Below, one piece after another: positions 10,864-21,520 of a stretch of 34,888 bases of DNA. Both the position numbers and the translations under genes were made by a program. Position 1 is the first letter of the stretch. Every line of letters starts with the position of its first letter. Below the pieces are notes generated by a model, which had not been told where the DNA came from, did no database searches, and saw only the letters and a program-made list of their open reading frames with translations. The stretch lies in the sequence record SRR16203515_4226; one strand, given 5' to 3'.

Positions 10864-12813
10864 ATGAAAATCTCAACCCTATCACTTTCAGCTTCGGGCC
10901 TGCTGTTACTTATCGCAGCTTTACTTGCAGGCGTCGTTTTTTGGAGCAGTGATAAGCGCCAATCTATCGAGCAACAAACCATACAGCTACAACAAATCCA
11001 AACATTGTTTCTAGTTGAAGTCAGGCGCGATCTCGACAGTTATTTATCCACTGGCGATGCTGGACAACTTGAACGAGCTAAGCTCAACTTAATCAGTATT
11101 CAAAACCAGATAAATCAGCAGCATGATTTGGACATTACAGAGATCCAGTCTTCAATCGACAACTTTATCAATGCCTTAGATAAAGATTATCGCGCAGCGG
11201 GCAAATTGGCTGGTAACCCACGCCAGCTATTGGCTCACGCTGAATCAGAAATGATAGATAACAACCGCCGCCTTGCTGAATATGCGTTTCAAGGTCAAAG
11301 CGAGCATCCTAGTTTAGCTGAGCAATATCTCGCATTAACCTCACAACTGCCGCCGATTATTTACGGTTTATCCCAAGTTAGCGCAGGATACTTAATCGAC
11401 AAAGAGCAACGACTAAAATCCATCTTAGCCACACTGATTAATGAACTAGAAGCATGGCACGATAAACTCGATGCACTGGTGCTTATAGGCATGTATGAAA
11501 CCATTGAAGCCGACGAATTTGCCCTTGGTGATGATGACGCAGAGCAAATTGAGATCGGTGAAAGTTACCGTAATGAATTATTGAGCTTAAGCAATCGATA
11601 CAATAAAGAAGTAGCCAATACTCATGCACTATTGATAGAAAACCAGCGTACACAGCAAGCGCTAATCGAAGATGTTGCAGTAATAGAAAAGCAATTACTT
11701 GATCTCGGCCAACAACAAGAAAAACAAAATCATCTACTTAAAAAAGAGTTGATGATTGCCATCTATACCATGGTGTCGGTTCTAATCGCATTTGCCATTG
11801 GCTACTTAGTACTTCAGCAGCGCCGAGTGATTAAGCCGTTAAAACACCTCAATACTGCATTTTCAAAGTTAAGCGAGTCTAATAGTCGTGAACGTTTAGC
11901 AATACAACGTCGCTGCGAAACCGGACAGATTGCAGGTCACTTTAATCAACTTCTGCACCGCTTTGAACAAGAAGATGAACAGCAAAGACAACAAATCACT
12001 TTAGTCTCGCAATCACTATCGCAACTTGTTGAACGCATTAACCATATCTCAGTTAGCACCGAGCAAACCCAAAGTATTGTATTAACGGCACAAAGCCAAA
12101 CCGAACATATCCGCGTTCTCGCTAAAGACGTTAGCCAAACCACGGACCAAGTAGAAAAGTCTGCGCAGCAAACTATGGTGCAAATGCAGCAAAGCCAGCA
12201 AGAGTCACAAGCAGTTCTCGATGCAACCGAAGAAACCCAAACCGCCGTGCAACATTGCCATCAATCACTGGCAAGCCTAACCACATCGGTTTCTGACGTG
12301 TCACGCATTATTGATGTTATCGGTAATATTGCCGAGCAAACTAACTTACTTGCGTTAAACGCAGCAATTGAAGCCGCCAGAGCCGGCGAGCAAGGGCGCG
12401 GCTTTGCAGTAGTAGCCGAAGAAGTGCGTAATCTATCTCAGCGCACACAAGTGTCATTGAAAGAAATAATGCAAATTCTGAATCAGCTAACCCAAGCTAA
12501 CGGCGATTTGGAGCTAAGAGTACAAGGCATTGAAGAAGCCACTCAAGCGCAGAAATCCCGAGCCCAAAGTCTATGGCAAGCCGCACAAAGCGTACAAAGC
12601 CAAGCTAGTGAAATGGTGAGTACTGCTCAACAAGGCGCTAATAGCACCCTTGAACAAGTCGCACACTTAGATGAGTTTGTAGCCGCAATGCAAAGCCTTA
12701 AAGAGCATGCACAAGCATCATCAGAACAAAGCGAAGTCATTGCACAGGAAGTGCAGCAGAGCGTTGAAAATATTGAGGTAAGCCTAGGAATACAAACAAT
12801 AAAAACAGCCTAA
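10864..12813 (+). CDS. Methyl-accepting chemotaxis protein
   Basis: TM-periplasmic-TM-HAMP layout with signalling hairpin [34 protein letters not shown]. Confidence 0.95.
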   Translation: MKISTLSLSASGLLLLIAALLAGVVFWSSDKRQSIEQQTIQLQQIQTLFLVEVRRDLDSYLSTGDAGQLERAKLNLISIQNQINQQHDLDITEIQSSIDNFINALDKDYRAAGKLAGNPRQLLAHAESEMIDNNRRLAEYAFQGQSEHPSLAEQYLALTSQLPPIIYGLSQVSAGYLIDKEQRLKSILATLINELEAWHDKLDALVLIGMYETIEADEFALGDDDAEQIEIGESYRNELLSLSNRYNKEVANTHALLIENQRTQQALIEDVAVIEKQLLDLGQQQEKQNHLLKKELMIAIYTMVSVLIAFAIGYLVLQQRRVIKPLKHLNTAFSKLSESNSRERLAIQRRCETGQIAGHFNQLLHRFEQEDEQQRQQITLVSQSLSQLVERINHISVSTEQTQSIVLTAQSQTEHIRVLAKDVSQTTDQVEKSAQQTMVQMQQSQQESQAVLDATEETQTAVQHCHQSLASLTTSVSDVSRIIDVIGNIAEQTNLLALNAAIEAARAGEQGRGFAVVAEEVRNLSQRTQVSLKEIMQILNQLTQANGDLELRVQGIEEATQAQKSRAQSLWQAAQSVQSQASEMVSTAQQGANSTLEQVAHLDEFVAAMQSLKEHAQASSEQSEVIAQEVQQSVENIEVSLGIQTIKTA

Positions 12814-12828
12814 AGGCTAAACAAATAC

Positions 12829-12853
12829 AAAAAAGGAGCTTAACAGCTCCTTT
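12829..12853. terminator. Intrinsic terminator between the convergent MCP and peroxiredoxin genes
   Basis: AAAAAAGGAGCT-taac-AGCTCCTTT hairpin; the longer U-tract is on the minus strand. Confidence 0.8.
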
Positions 12854-12894
12854 AAATTTAATTCAGAGGTTATTCCCTGAAGTAAAAATCAACT

Positions 12895-13368
12895 CTAAAG
12901 CGTGGCTAAAATCGCCTCAGCGGTGCTCACTTCAAATGATTTTGGTGCTTCTACATTTAACGTTGTCACCACGCCATTATCCACCACCATGGCATAACGC
13001 TGCGAGCGTACGCCGCCAAAGCCTGCAGTATCCATATCTAGCCCTAAAGCTTTAGTGAAACTAGCATCACCATCAGCAAGCATCATCAGCTCAGCTGCAT
13101 TTTGGCTATCGCCCCAAGCTTTCATCACAAATGCGTCGTTAACCGAAACACAAGCAATTAAGTCAACGCCCTTAGCTTTAAGTTGATCGGCAAATACAAT
13201 AAAGCCTGGCAGATGTGCTTCAGAGCAAGTTGGTGTAAAAGCGCCTGGTACAGCAAATAACACCACTTTTTTACCTGTAAATAGCTCAGCAACATCATGG
13301 TTAACCATGCCATCTTTAGTGAGCTGAGCCAGCGTGCCAGCTGGGAGTTTTTGGCCTTGTTCGATCAT
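12895..13368 (-). CDS. Peroxiredoxin, Prx5-like (redoxin family)
   Basis: VPGAFTPTCS..HLPG, CVSVNDAFVM.AW and RSQRYAM. Confidence 0.93.
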   Translation of the reverse strand: MIEQGQKLPAGTLAQLTKDGMVNHDVAELFTGKKVVLFAVPGAFTPTCSEAHLPGFIVFADQLKAKGVDLIACVSVNDAFVMKAWGDSQNAAELMMLADGDASFTKALGLDMDTAGFGGVRSQRYAMVVDNGVVTTLNVEAPKSFEVSTAEAILATL

Positions 13369-13452
13369 CAGAATATCCCTTCGTTATGTGTTCAGTCATC
13401 AACATGCTAGTTGAATTAAGAGTAAACAAAAACCATAAGCCAGTAAGGGCTT

Positions 13453-13671
13453 TTAATTATCAGTGGTTATTGTGGCGTATTCTTTAATGATCCAATCAAC
13501 GATCTTCATAATGCGTGCGTCCCTTTTTCTTGAAGATTTATATGCGATTGAATAGGTCCATCCTGTATAACAATGCGGTAAATCTAATTTGATTAGGTTT
13601 CCAGAGTCGACTTCAACCTGCAATGTTTGCTCATGAAACGTTGCTAAAGAAATATCATACATTGGATACAA
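13453..13671 (-). pseudogene. Probable remnant: C-terminal end of a LysR (GcvA-like) substrate-binding domain
   Basis: EVDSGNLIKL...TGWTYSIAYKSSRKRDARIMKIVDWII resembles LTTR C-termini. There is no HTH and no SD, and the TTG 'start' abuts the sulfatase terminator U-tract. Confidence 0.55.
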
Positions 13672-13673
13672 GT

Positions 13674-13702
13674 AAAAAAAGCCAGCCCATCAATAAGCTG
13701 GC
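13674..13702 (-). terminator. Intrinsic terminator of the sulfatase operon
   Basis: On the minus strand, a GCCAGC...GCTGGC stem followed by T7, 15 bp after the sulfatase stop. Confidence 0.75.
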
Positions 13703-13717
13703 ACTCTATCTTCTAAG

Positions 13718-15220
13718 TTAGTTACCTACACCACCATTGTTAACAGGGCCAGTTTCAGACGTTACTGCCGGCCACTGCTTAAACGTTGCAAGGTGCTGGG
13801 CCACCGCTGCTTGTGCAGGACCAAAGGCCCACATTTTTTGCCCCATCCATTTTAAATACATACCAGACTCTTCAGCCGCTCTTTCAAAAGGATCACGACG
13901 TAAATTAAACAATAACGGCGCATTTAGCTCTTCTTTAGGGCCACTCCAGCCTTGGTTTTGTACTACAAAATGCGCTTTCCAATCACCGACCCTCACTGCT
14001 TGCAACTTATCTCGCTCGTAGTAAAAAATCTCTTTACGGCTTGAAGCGCCATTTTCTGTCAGTAGTGACATTTGATTATAGCCATCAAGGTGCGCCTTAA
14101 ATCCTTTGTAACCCTTGAGCATTTGTTGTTTCAAATCATTCGGACCACCAGCAGCATTTACCAGCGTAGGCAATAAATCCATGCCATCAAACATGCCATT
14201 ATTAACGACTCCAGCAGGGATCTTAGCGGGCCACTGGATCAAAAACGGAGCACGAACGCCACCTTCCCAAGTTGTACCTTTTTCACCGTGGTAAGGCGTC
14301 ATACCACCATCAGGCCAAGTCATGATTTCAGGACCATTATCTGCGGTAAAAATAATGATGGTATTGTCAGCAATGCCTAGCTCCTCAATCTTAGCAAGCA
14401 TCTCACCAACATGGTCATCAAGATCTTTCATCACCACTTCTTGTAAACCCCAACCATTTTGACCTAACATCTTTTCATACTTAGGCGATAAGTGAGTCCA
14501 CACGTGGCCGCGTGATGGGCAATACCAAGTAAAGAATGGTTTATCCTCTTTCACTGCTTTTTCAATAAAATTAATCGCGTGCTTATTCACTTCATCATCA
14601 AGTGTACGCATTCGTTCTATATGCAATGGGCCGTCATCAGTAATGGTTTGGCCACCTTTGCCATCTGCTTTGGCGTGAATCACATTACGTGGCGCAAATT
14701 GCTTAAATGCTTCATCTTTTGGCCAATCAGGATCTTCGGTATATTCCATCGCATTAAGATGATAGAGCCAGCCCCAATACTCATCGAAGCCATGCATGGT
14801 AGGTAAAAAAGCATCCCTATCACCTAAGTGATTCTTACCAAACTGCCCAGTAACGTAACCCTGTTCTTTCAGCAGTTCAGGTAATGTTGGCGTATTAGCA
14901 TTTAAACCTACAGGCCCACCAGGCAAGCCAACAGAGTGCATACCGGTTCTTACTGGAAACTGTCCGGTTAAAAATGCTGAGCGTCCCGCAGTGCAAGAGG
15001 GTTGCGCATAGTAATCAGTGAGCAACATACCTTTTTCGGCAATGCTATCAATATTTGGAGTTTGGCTGCTCATCACCCCTCTGTGATAAGCACTCAAATT
15101 TGAAATACCAATATCATCTGTAAAAATCACAAAAATATTTGGCTTATTCTCAGCGGCAAAAGCTGTGGTAGATATAAATCCGTATAGGCAAATAACTAAT
15201 ATATACAAAATCCGTTTCAT
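13718..15220 (-). CDS. Exported arylsulfatase (formylglycine-dependent, Cys-type)
   Basis: Signal peptide (AFA); KPNIFVIFTDD; SCTAGRSAFLTG active-site motif; GKNHLG; TADNG; KGTTWEGGVR. Confidence 0.93.
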   Translation of the reverse strand: MKRILYILVICLYGFISTTAFAAENKPNIFVIFTDDIGISNLSAYHRGVMSSQTPNIDSIAEKGMLLTDYYAQPSCTAGRSAFLTGQFPVRTGMHSVGLPGGPVGLNANTPTLPELLKEQGYVTGQFGKNHLGDRDAFLPTMHGFDEYWGWLYHLNAMEYTEDPDWPKDEAFKQFAPRNVIHAKADGKGGQTITDDGPLHIERMRTLDDEVNKHAINFIEKAVKEDKPFFTWYCPSRGHVWTHLSPKYEKMLGQNGWGLQEVVMKDLDDHVGEMLAKIEELGIADNTIIIFTADNGPEIMTWPDGGMTPYHGEKGTTWEGGVRAPFLIQWPAKIPAGVVNNGMFDGMDLLPTLVNAAGGPNDLKQQMLKGYKGFKAHLDGYNQMSLLTENGASSRKEIFYYERDKLQAVRVGDWKAHFVVQNQGWSGPKEELNAPLLFNLRRDPFERAAEESGMYLKWMGQKMWAFGPAQAAVAQHLATFKQWPAVTSETGPVNNGGVGN

Positions 15221-15224
15221 CTCT

Positions 15225-15611
15225 TTATCCCTCTTTTTCAGTTTTTCTTATCATCGCAATACCGACAAGGCCAAAACCAACCTCTAGTAGTAAATAAACG
15301 GCTAATAACCAATGCGGCCAACCATCAACAATAAGACTTAATGCTCGTCCAAACGCCAATCCAAACATAAATACAGTCAAACTATACAGGGCAGGTAATT
15401 GATACTTTCTAATGAATGCCCCAAGCACCCAAAAAAGTACCAAAGCGAGATATAAGCCCATTACCGCTCTAAAAATATGCCTACTGTTTACTGAGCTAGC
15501 ATCAATATCAAAAAGAAAGGCAAGTGAAGTGCTTGGTTGCAAGCCATAACCTAAGGCAATAGGCGTTAAACCCACTGCAGCAACGAGCAAAAATTGTTGT
15601 TGGATCCGCAT
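15225..15611 (-). CDS. DUF4345-like small membrane protein
   Basis: Four hydrophobic segments; FRAVMGLYL and GLAFGRALSLIVDG motifs; 4 bp upstream of the sulfatase. Confidence 0.75.
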   Translation of the reverse strand: MRIQQQFLLVAAVGLTPIALGYGLQPSTSLAFLFDIDASSVNSRHIFRAVMGLYLALVLFWVLGAFIRKYQLPALYSLTVFMFGLAFGRALSLIVDGWPHWLLAVYLLLEVGFGLVGIAMIRKTEKEG

Positions 15612-15922
15612 CGACTGTCCTTGTTAAATATGATTTGTATTTAAGGCTAGTCGACAAAGGTTAGTAATCAAGGATGAATCATTAAATAATTAAGTAAGAA
15701 CAGTAGCTAATGTTTAAAACCCTATTCGCAAAAGGCCCGTCTAAGAGTGGTTTATAGCAAGTATATCTGCCACACCGCGAGCCTCTACCGCACTTATCGA
15801 GAAAAATGCTATTATTGCCATGAATAACACTCAACCGCGGCTGCGGTAAAAATCATTGCGAGTGAACAGTTTAATCAATATAGTTTCGCCCTTTCTCAAG
15901 CCTCACTTAAGGTCTGTTAGCC

Positions 15923-17341
15923 ATGCCATTGCCAAAAGATGAACTCCCTATCGAAAACAGCCAAACGCTAAGCGATTCAGAATATGAAGCGCCTGAGTTA
16001 TCTATGGTTGAAGTGAGTCAATCGGTTGAGCAACTGACCAATGCTGAAGGTGAAGAACAGGCAGAGCTTTTCGATGAAATGTTAGAAGAAGCAGAGCCAG
16101 GTACTGTGGCACTGCTGCTTGAATCATTACCGTTAGATGAGCGTTACGAGCGTTGGTTACAGGTTGATACTGACGAGCGCATCGCCGTACTAGACTTGAT
16201 GCGTGCCGATCCGCGTAACGGCATTCTAGATGAGATGCCTGAGCCTGAGCTCGACTTACTGTTCTCGCAAATCTCACCTGAAGACTTAATTGAGTGGAGT
16301 GATACGCTATCTGATGCGATGACCGAACGTGCGCTATCGCAAATGGGCGAACGCCAACGTCAGCATTATGATCGTTACGACCAATACTCTGAAAATGAAA
16401 TTGGTCGTTACGCTGAGCACCAATTTTTGGCACTAAACCTCACCTCAACCGTGTCTCAAGCACAGCGTTTTTTCCGTCGAATCAAGCTCGACTGTAACGA
16501 TCATGTGTTTTTGCTCGATGATGACGACAAATACATAGGTAGTGTGCGCCGTCACGATGTATTTCGTGCTGCCCCAGAAGCGACTTTAGAAAGTTTACTA
16601 TGGGAAGACAGTCGCTCTATTTTGGCAGATGCCAGCCTAATTGAAGCCGCTGAAGCCATTGAGCACAGTAACGAATTAGAAATTGCCGTTGTTGATACCA
16701 GCGGTATTATGATTGGCCGTATGACGCTGCGTACCGCCACAGCGTTAGTGCGAGAGCACTATGAAGCCCAGTTAATGGCAACCGCAGGTATGGATGAGGA
16801 CGACGATTTGTTCGCACCAATTACCGTAGGTGCTCGCCGCCGCGCCGTCTGGCTAGGGATTAACTTACTCACCGCGTTTTTGGCCTCAGCCACCATAGGC
16901 TTATTTGAAAATGTACTGGAAAAAGTGGTCGCACTGGCGGTATTAATGCCAATCGTTGCTTCAATGGGCGGCATCGCTGGCAGTCAGTCACTGACCTTGA
17001 TGATCCGCGGCATGGCCATGGGACAGATCTCCTCTGGTAACTTTATGTCATTACTCAAAAACGAACTGGGGATTGGTATTTTAAATGGTGTACTTTGGGC
17101 CACAGTCATCGGTCTTATTGCCGGATACTGGTTTAACGATCCAATAATGGGCACGGTAATCGGTGCAGCGATTCTAATTAATATGGCAGTTGCAGCAATT
17201 GCCGGTGTCATGGTGCCGATGATCCTGCAGAAAATGAATCAAGATGCTGCGCTATCGGGCTCGGTTATTCTTACTACTGTGACTGATGTTGTCGGCTTCT
17301 TCTGCTTCTTAGGCCTAGCGTCAATTTTGTATTTATACTAA
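15923..17341 (+). CDS. mgtE: MgtE-family magnesium transporter
   Basis: Acidic N-domain, CBS pair, and TM motifs R..WL.INL, PIVASMGG.AGSQ and LTTVTDVVGF. Confidence 0.9.
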   Translation: MPLPKDELPIENSQTLSDSEYEAPELSMVEVSQSVEQLTNAEGEEQAELFDEMLEEAEPGTVALLLESLPLDERYERWLQVDTDERIAVLDLMRADPRNGILDEMPEPELDLLFSQISPEDLIEWSDTLSDAMTERALSQMGERQRQHYDRYDQYSENEIGRYAEHQFLALNLTSTVSQAQRFFRRIKLDCNDHVFLLDDDDKYIGSVRRHDVFRAAPEATLESLLWEDSRSILADASLIEAAEAIEHSNELEIAVVDTSGIMIGRMTLRTATALVREHYEAQLMATAGMDEDDDLFAPITVGARRRAVWLGINLLTAFLASATIGLFENVLEKVVALAVLMPIVASMGGIAGSQSLTLMIRGMAMGQISSGNFMSLLKNELGIGILNGVLWATVIGLIAGYWFNDPIMGTVIGAAILINMAVAAIAGVMVPMILQKMNQDAALSGSVILTTVTDVVGFFCFLGLASILYLY

Positions 17342-17370
17342 CTGTTGGATTTTCTGAGCACAGAAACCAC

Positions 17371-17398
17371 AAAGCCTAGCTAACAGCTAGGCTTTTTT
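17371..17398. terminator. Intrinsic terminator after mgtE
   Basis: AAAGCCTAGCT-aac-AGCTAGGCTTTTTT. Confidence 0.88.
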
Positions 17399-17405
17399 AT
17401 GCTCA

Positions 17406-18665
17406 CTATTCGTTCTTTTGCTGTTTCTCTTGCGGCACCAATCTCACCGGCACTCCCAATTTAACTAAATAATTGAGAATATATCGGCCGCTCCAAACCC
17501 AACCACTTAATGGAATGAGATGACTATCCACTCCAATTAGCTTTATATCACCATCAATATATAAACCTGGTGGACCAACATCGTCAGCTTCGGCTTGAAC
17601 ATCGGCGTGACTAATGTAAGCAACTTCAGCGTAGGATATCTTTCTCGAATCATGACCATTTATGCCGGGAGTTAATAACCAAAGCTGCTCTTTGGTAACA
17701 CAGACCGCCTTAAACGTGCCAAATCTTATTTCGCTACAAAAAGTAAAAATAACCGCCAAGCAAGGGATTGCCAAAAAAACAAAAGTAATACACATCATAA
17801 ACACCACGCCATAATCAGACATGGTCTCTGTCATATAGAAATAATCACCAAACTTAGTACGCCGGCGGCCAACAGGAAATAGAAACTTAAACAAGTCTGG
17901 CAGCCAACAAACGTAAATGTATAGGCCCACAAGTCCAAAGCAAAATGACTTAATACTATCTCGCCATGACTTTTTAGTGATTGTGTGCCCCGGCGTTATA
18001 AATAGATGCAGATTGAGCTGTGCAATAACCGTTTTGGCATCATCACCATCGAATGGGTCTTCTTCAAGAGAGATAGTGCCAACAAACACAAGCTCACGCT
18101 GTTTAGCTTCGCTTTGTTCTACTTCCTCACCTGCTAGCAGCGGTAACACTTCAACAGGCTGTTTAACCATATAAATATCAAACCTTTGCTGAAGTAAGCA
18201 GTTAGACTGCTTGTTCTCCAGCAGTAAATACTTCTCTGCCAAGGGCAAAACAAGCTCAGCTTGGCGATGCAAGCGTTTGTAAACCAATACAGACAAGCAG
18301 ATTTGATAAGCCACAATGACCAGCATTAACATGCTGATATTAGCCAAAGCATAGATATTGCTCACTGCAGCTAGCAAGACGAAACAAGTAAATACCCATT
18401 TATCAAAGCCAGATATTTGTGCAGACTTTGATATCCGTAGCGCATCATCTGTAAGATAAATCTGTTGGCGTAACTTAGGCTTAAAAACAAAACTGATCGT
18501 GACATAAAGCGTTGCTATAGCGGTTAGTACCAGTGAAATAGCCTGAGCATCATAAAAACACGCACCGAGTAAAAAGATTAAACCAATCACTAACGAGGCC
18601 TTCTGGAACATGCTTCGCGTAAAAGGAGTGAGGACTGTGTCTTGAATACTGGCTACTCTGTTCAC
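17406..18665 (-). CDS. Hypothetical multi-pass membrane protein
   Basis: 419-aa ORF with about three pairs of hydrophobic segments separated by soluble regions. SD GGAGA; 14 bp downstream of the preceding gene. Confidence 0.75.
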   Translation of the reverse strand: MNRVASIQDTVLTPFTRSMFQKASLVIGLIFLLGACFYDAQAISLVLTAIATLYVTISFVFKPKLRQQIYLTDDALRISKSAQISGFDKWVFTCFVLLAAVSNIYALANISMLMLVIVAYQICLSVLVYKRLHRQAELVLPLAEKYLLLENKQSNCLLQQRFDIYMVKQPVEVLPLLAGEEVEQSEAKQRELVFVGTISLEEDPFDGDDAKTVIAQLNLHLFITPGHTITKKSWRDSIKSFCFGLVGLYIYVCWLPDLFKFLFPVGRRRTKFGDYFYMTETMSDYGVVFMMCITFVFLAIPCLAVIFTFCSEIRFGTFKAVCVTKEQLWLLTPGINGHDSRKISYAEVAYISHADVQAEADDVGPPGLYIDGDIKLIGVDSHLIPLSGWVWSGRYILNYLVKLGVPVRLVPQEKQQKNE

Positions 18666-18679
18666 TGTATCTCCGACAC

Positions 18680-19663
18680 TTATCCGATTGGCGCTATGGC
18701 ATCGATTAACTTACCCAAAAAGGCAGGCTCATCTTGGATAAAGCTATTCTTCTTATGCTCTATCAGTGTCACTTGAGGTAATTTGGCGGTTAAAATCAGA
18801 TTCATCAGTTCTCGTTCTGGCGGATATGGATAAAAAAGTTTGCCCGTTACATAAGTATTATCTCGCTGCCATTTAGCGAACGATGTTGAAAAGCCAGCCC
18901 CAGTTGGTACACGAATTTGTGAAAATACCTCAGGATCGATATAGCGAGCGAAGTTATAAAGGCCGTGTAATTCGAGTGCAAAACATTTTTCCAGTGCGCC
19001 ATATACTCGGCTGCGTGCAAAGCCAAGACTAGCTTGCTGCAATGCCTCACTCGCCCGGTTGCTATCAGCTTGCATCAGCGCCACGAGAAAATTGATAACC
19101 GCAGCATCCAACACTGGCAGCTTCTTTTTCAAAAATTTTGCCGCTAAAGCTAATGCTTCTGTTTGCTTAGCACTATCTTGATAATACAGTGAAGTAATGA
19201 GGTTCAGCGCCGGGGCGTTGTAGTAGGGATACTTGCAAAGTGGCAAGTCAGCAGGTGCAAATGTATGCATCACCTCAAAGTCATTACATGCAAAAGCAGC
19301 CACAATATTATGATAAAAACTGCTGTGATCTGTGCCACCAGCAGTAATGGCACTCGCTAATAGTCTTTGCCTTGTAGACTGAAAGATAACATCATTAAGC
19401 ATCTGACAATCTTTGGTGTTGAACGCTTGATAACATCCAAATAGCTCAATCGGCTGAGTATCTCGTAGACATCTCGCTATCGCCTTTGACAAGTCATCTC
19501 GATTTACAAGTAACTTAACCGTGTCTTCTGGCTCAAGTTCAACGCTATACAATTGCTGCAACTCCTCCCATGAACGGATGTAAGGGTATGTCTCAGCAAA
19601 ACGTTGCAAGCGTTCTTCAGCAAGTTTGTTATAAATAGTTAGATACTTTTGGGCATTATCCAT
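18680..19663 (-). CDS. Hypothetical alpha-helical protein, possibly a polymorphic-toxin immunity protein
   Basis: 327-aa ORF co-oriented and tightly spaced with an Imm11-like gene. Helical-repeat character, no signal peptide. The family assignment is an inference. Confidence 0.6.
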   Translation of the reverse strand: MDNAQKYLTIYNKLAEERLQRFAETYPYIRSWEELQQLYSVELEPEDTVKLLVNRDDLSKAIARCLRDTQPIELFGCYQAFNTKDCQMLNDVIFQSTRQRLLASAITAGGTDHSSFYHNIVAAFACNDFEVMHTFAPADLPLCKYPYYNAPALNLITSLYYQDSAKQTEALALAAKFLKKKLPVLDAAVINFLVALMQADSNRASEALQQASLGFARSRVYGALEKCFALELHGLYNFARYIDPEVFSQIRVPTGAGFSTSFAKWQRDNTYVTGKLFYPYPPERELMNLILTAKLPQVTLIEHKKNSFIQDEPAFLGKLIDAIAPIG

Positions 19664-19685
19664 AATGATCTCAATCCCTCACCCA

Positions 19686-20255
19686 CTATATCGATGTCGC
19701 GGAAAAATCAGCAGGAATAAAAGCGATGCCGCTGACGCCGGCTTGTTCTAGAGCAAGTTTGACTCGCTCATTGACATAGTAAACCAATTTGTAATTCGAT
19801 AGAGTGAAGCAGTCATGAGTGATTGCGCTACGTGAAAACTTTTGTTTATCAAGCTTTTCACTCGACACCTTAGCATAGCCACCAATCACCTCTTTAAAAC
19901 GTTTGGCATTCGATGCTACAGGATCAAGTAGATCATAATCCGCGATGCAATTCATAAATGTAAAACTGTGGTCAACCGTGTCAGCGTGCACCTCAACAGG
20001 CACAAACTGTAAACCGCTAAACTGGTTTTCTAAGAAGATTTGTTGCACTTTTTCGCTAGCCAACAAACCAATACCCAATTTTAAAAAATCAGACATTGCC
20101 CGGCCTGTATAAAAAGTATCAAGGCTAACAATTGGCGGCGTTGCAAATGATTTATGCTCGGTGTGATAAAAGTTAAGTTGCTGAGGTGGTTGCTCTGTGA
20201 AGCTCGCTTCGTCAGCTTCAAATACTGCAGACAACAAATAATAATTCATAAACAA
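19686..20255 (-). CDS. Imm11/DUF1629-like immunity protein
   Basis: Pattern LLASEKVQQIF...GLQFVPVEV...FMNC...D.LD...S, ending YYVNERVKLALEQAGVSGIAF, as typical of Imm11 (recognised by eye). Confidence 0.7.
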   Translation of the reverse strand: MFMNYYLLSAVFEADEASFTEQPPQQLNFYHTEHKSFATPPIVSLDTFYTGRAMSDFLKLGIGLLASEKVQQIFLENQFSGLQFVPVEVHADTVDHSFTFMNCIADYDLLDPVASNAKRFKEVIGGYAKVSSEKLDKQKFSRSAITHDCFTLSNYKLVYYVNERVKLALEQAGVSGIAFIPADFSATSI

Positions 20256-20413
20256 ATATACTCAGCAACCACTACTGAGCGAATGGTCTCTGATAATATC
20301 ATGTAAATCAATAGCATTTACTCAAAAACGAGTTCCAAATTTGCTATCGAATAATGTCACCAATTAGCGATTACCTAGCTTTGTTGGCGAGAGAGTAACA
20401 AATATGGGGCAAC

Positions 20414-20453
20414 AAAAAGCCCCTTATTAACGAGTTTAATAAGGGGCTTTTTT
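20414..20453. terminator. Intrinsic terminator after rsmJ
   Basis: AAAAAGCCCCTTATTAA-cgagt-TTAATAAGGGGCTTTTTT. Confidence 0.9.
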
Positions 20454-20476
20454 AACAATAATTCTTACTTATTTTA

Positions 20477-21238
20477 CTAAGCCGTCATTGCTGCTTTTAC
20501 GTAAACATCGAAACGGTTTTTCTTAGTGGCAATCACCATGCTAGGTTTTACGCCATCTAAATCATCAGCATAGTCAGGGCGCTTAACCACGACGCGCTTG
20601 GTGGCTAATGCCATCGCAGGTGCGAGTAAGCCATCGGCATCAAGATCGGCGCCGACTAAGGACTGAAATACCCGCATCTCTTTTTTCACTAATGCAGATT
20701 TTTCACGGTGTGGATACATGGGATCTAAAAATACAACATCCACTTCGGTGTTCGATACTGCTGCCGCATCGGCTAATGAATCAATACTTGAGCCATGAAA
20801 CAAGCTCATACGCTGTTGCATCCAACTACCAATTTCAGCGTCTTCATAGGCGCGGCGTAGGCCATCTTCTAATAGCGCAGCCACAATCGGATGACGCTCA
20901 ACCATTAACACCTTACAACCAAGGCTGGCTAATACAAACGCATCGCGACCAAGCCCCGCTGTACCATCAACCACGGTAGGCATAACACCCTGCTTAAGCC
21001 CTACGGCTTTGGCGATTGATTGACCTCGACCACCACCAAATTTACGGCGATGCGCCACGGCGCCTGAAACGAAATCAACCGAAATACCTTTAAGCTTCGG
21101 CTCATCACGCTTAATTAGCGTCAGGATATTATCTTCAAATACCAACTCAAACTCGGCGTCTGGATCATAAACTAATCCCCAGCGTTCGCAGGCGGATTCG
21201 ATTGTTGGGTAATGGCGATTAAAGAAAATGCTGGTCAC
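20477..21238 (-). CDS. rsmJ: 16S rRNA m2G1516 methyltransferase RsmJ
   Basis: [36 protein letters not shown] and KRVVVKRP. Confidence 0.95.
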   Translation of the reverse strand: MTSIFFNRHYPTIESACERWGLVYDPDAEFELVFEDNILTLIKRDEPKLKGISVDFVSGAVAHRRKFGGGRGQSIAKAVGLKQGVMPTVVDGTAGLGRDAFVLASLGCKVLMVERHPIVAALLEDGLRRAYEDAEIGSWMQQRMSLFHGSSIDSLADAAAVSNTEVDVVFLDPMYPHREKSALVKKEMRVFQSLVGADLDADGLLAPAMALATKRVVVKRPDYADDLDGVKPSMVIATKKNRFDVYVKAAMTA

Positions 21239-21520
21239 AAGTCGGCTCTATGTTTGAGTGTTAACCTGCAGATAATACCACTCCTCGCTAAGAAACCATA
21301 TCAAGCACTTTATCTTCTAATAAGGGTTTCAGCGCTAATTTGTACAATTTTGCTCCTCAAAAAGCCTCAAAACAGCTCAAAGCAACTGAAATCGGCCTAA
21401 AAAACTTCAAGATGCCTATAAGTAGGTAGACGTTCACATCCTAGTCAATCTGCATCAGGCACACTTTTGCTGTCGTTGATAAATCAAACGGCAATAAAAG
21501 AAATAAAAGAGAGATAAGTG

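Noticed and set aside
15612-15922. Mg2+ riboswitch or mgtL-like leader peptide upstream of mgtE
   Set aside because: No recognisable M-box or terminator. The tiny ORFs (MLLLP, MNNTQPRLR) are not Pro-rich and overlap a likely extended -10 (TGCTATTAT).
21423-21487. CRP or FNR sites upstream of the cytochrome
   Set aside because: Only one good CRP half-site (TCACA), and the FNR-like half-sites are spaced by 2 rather than 4 bp.
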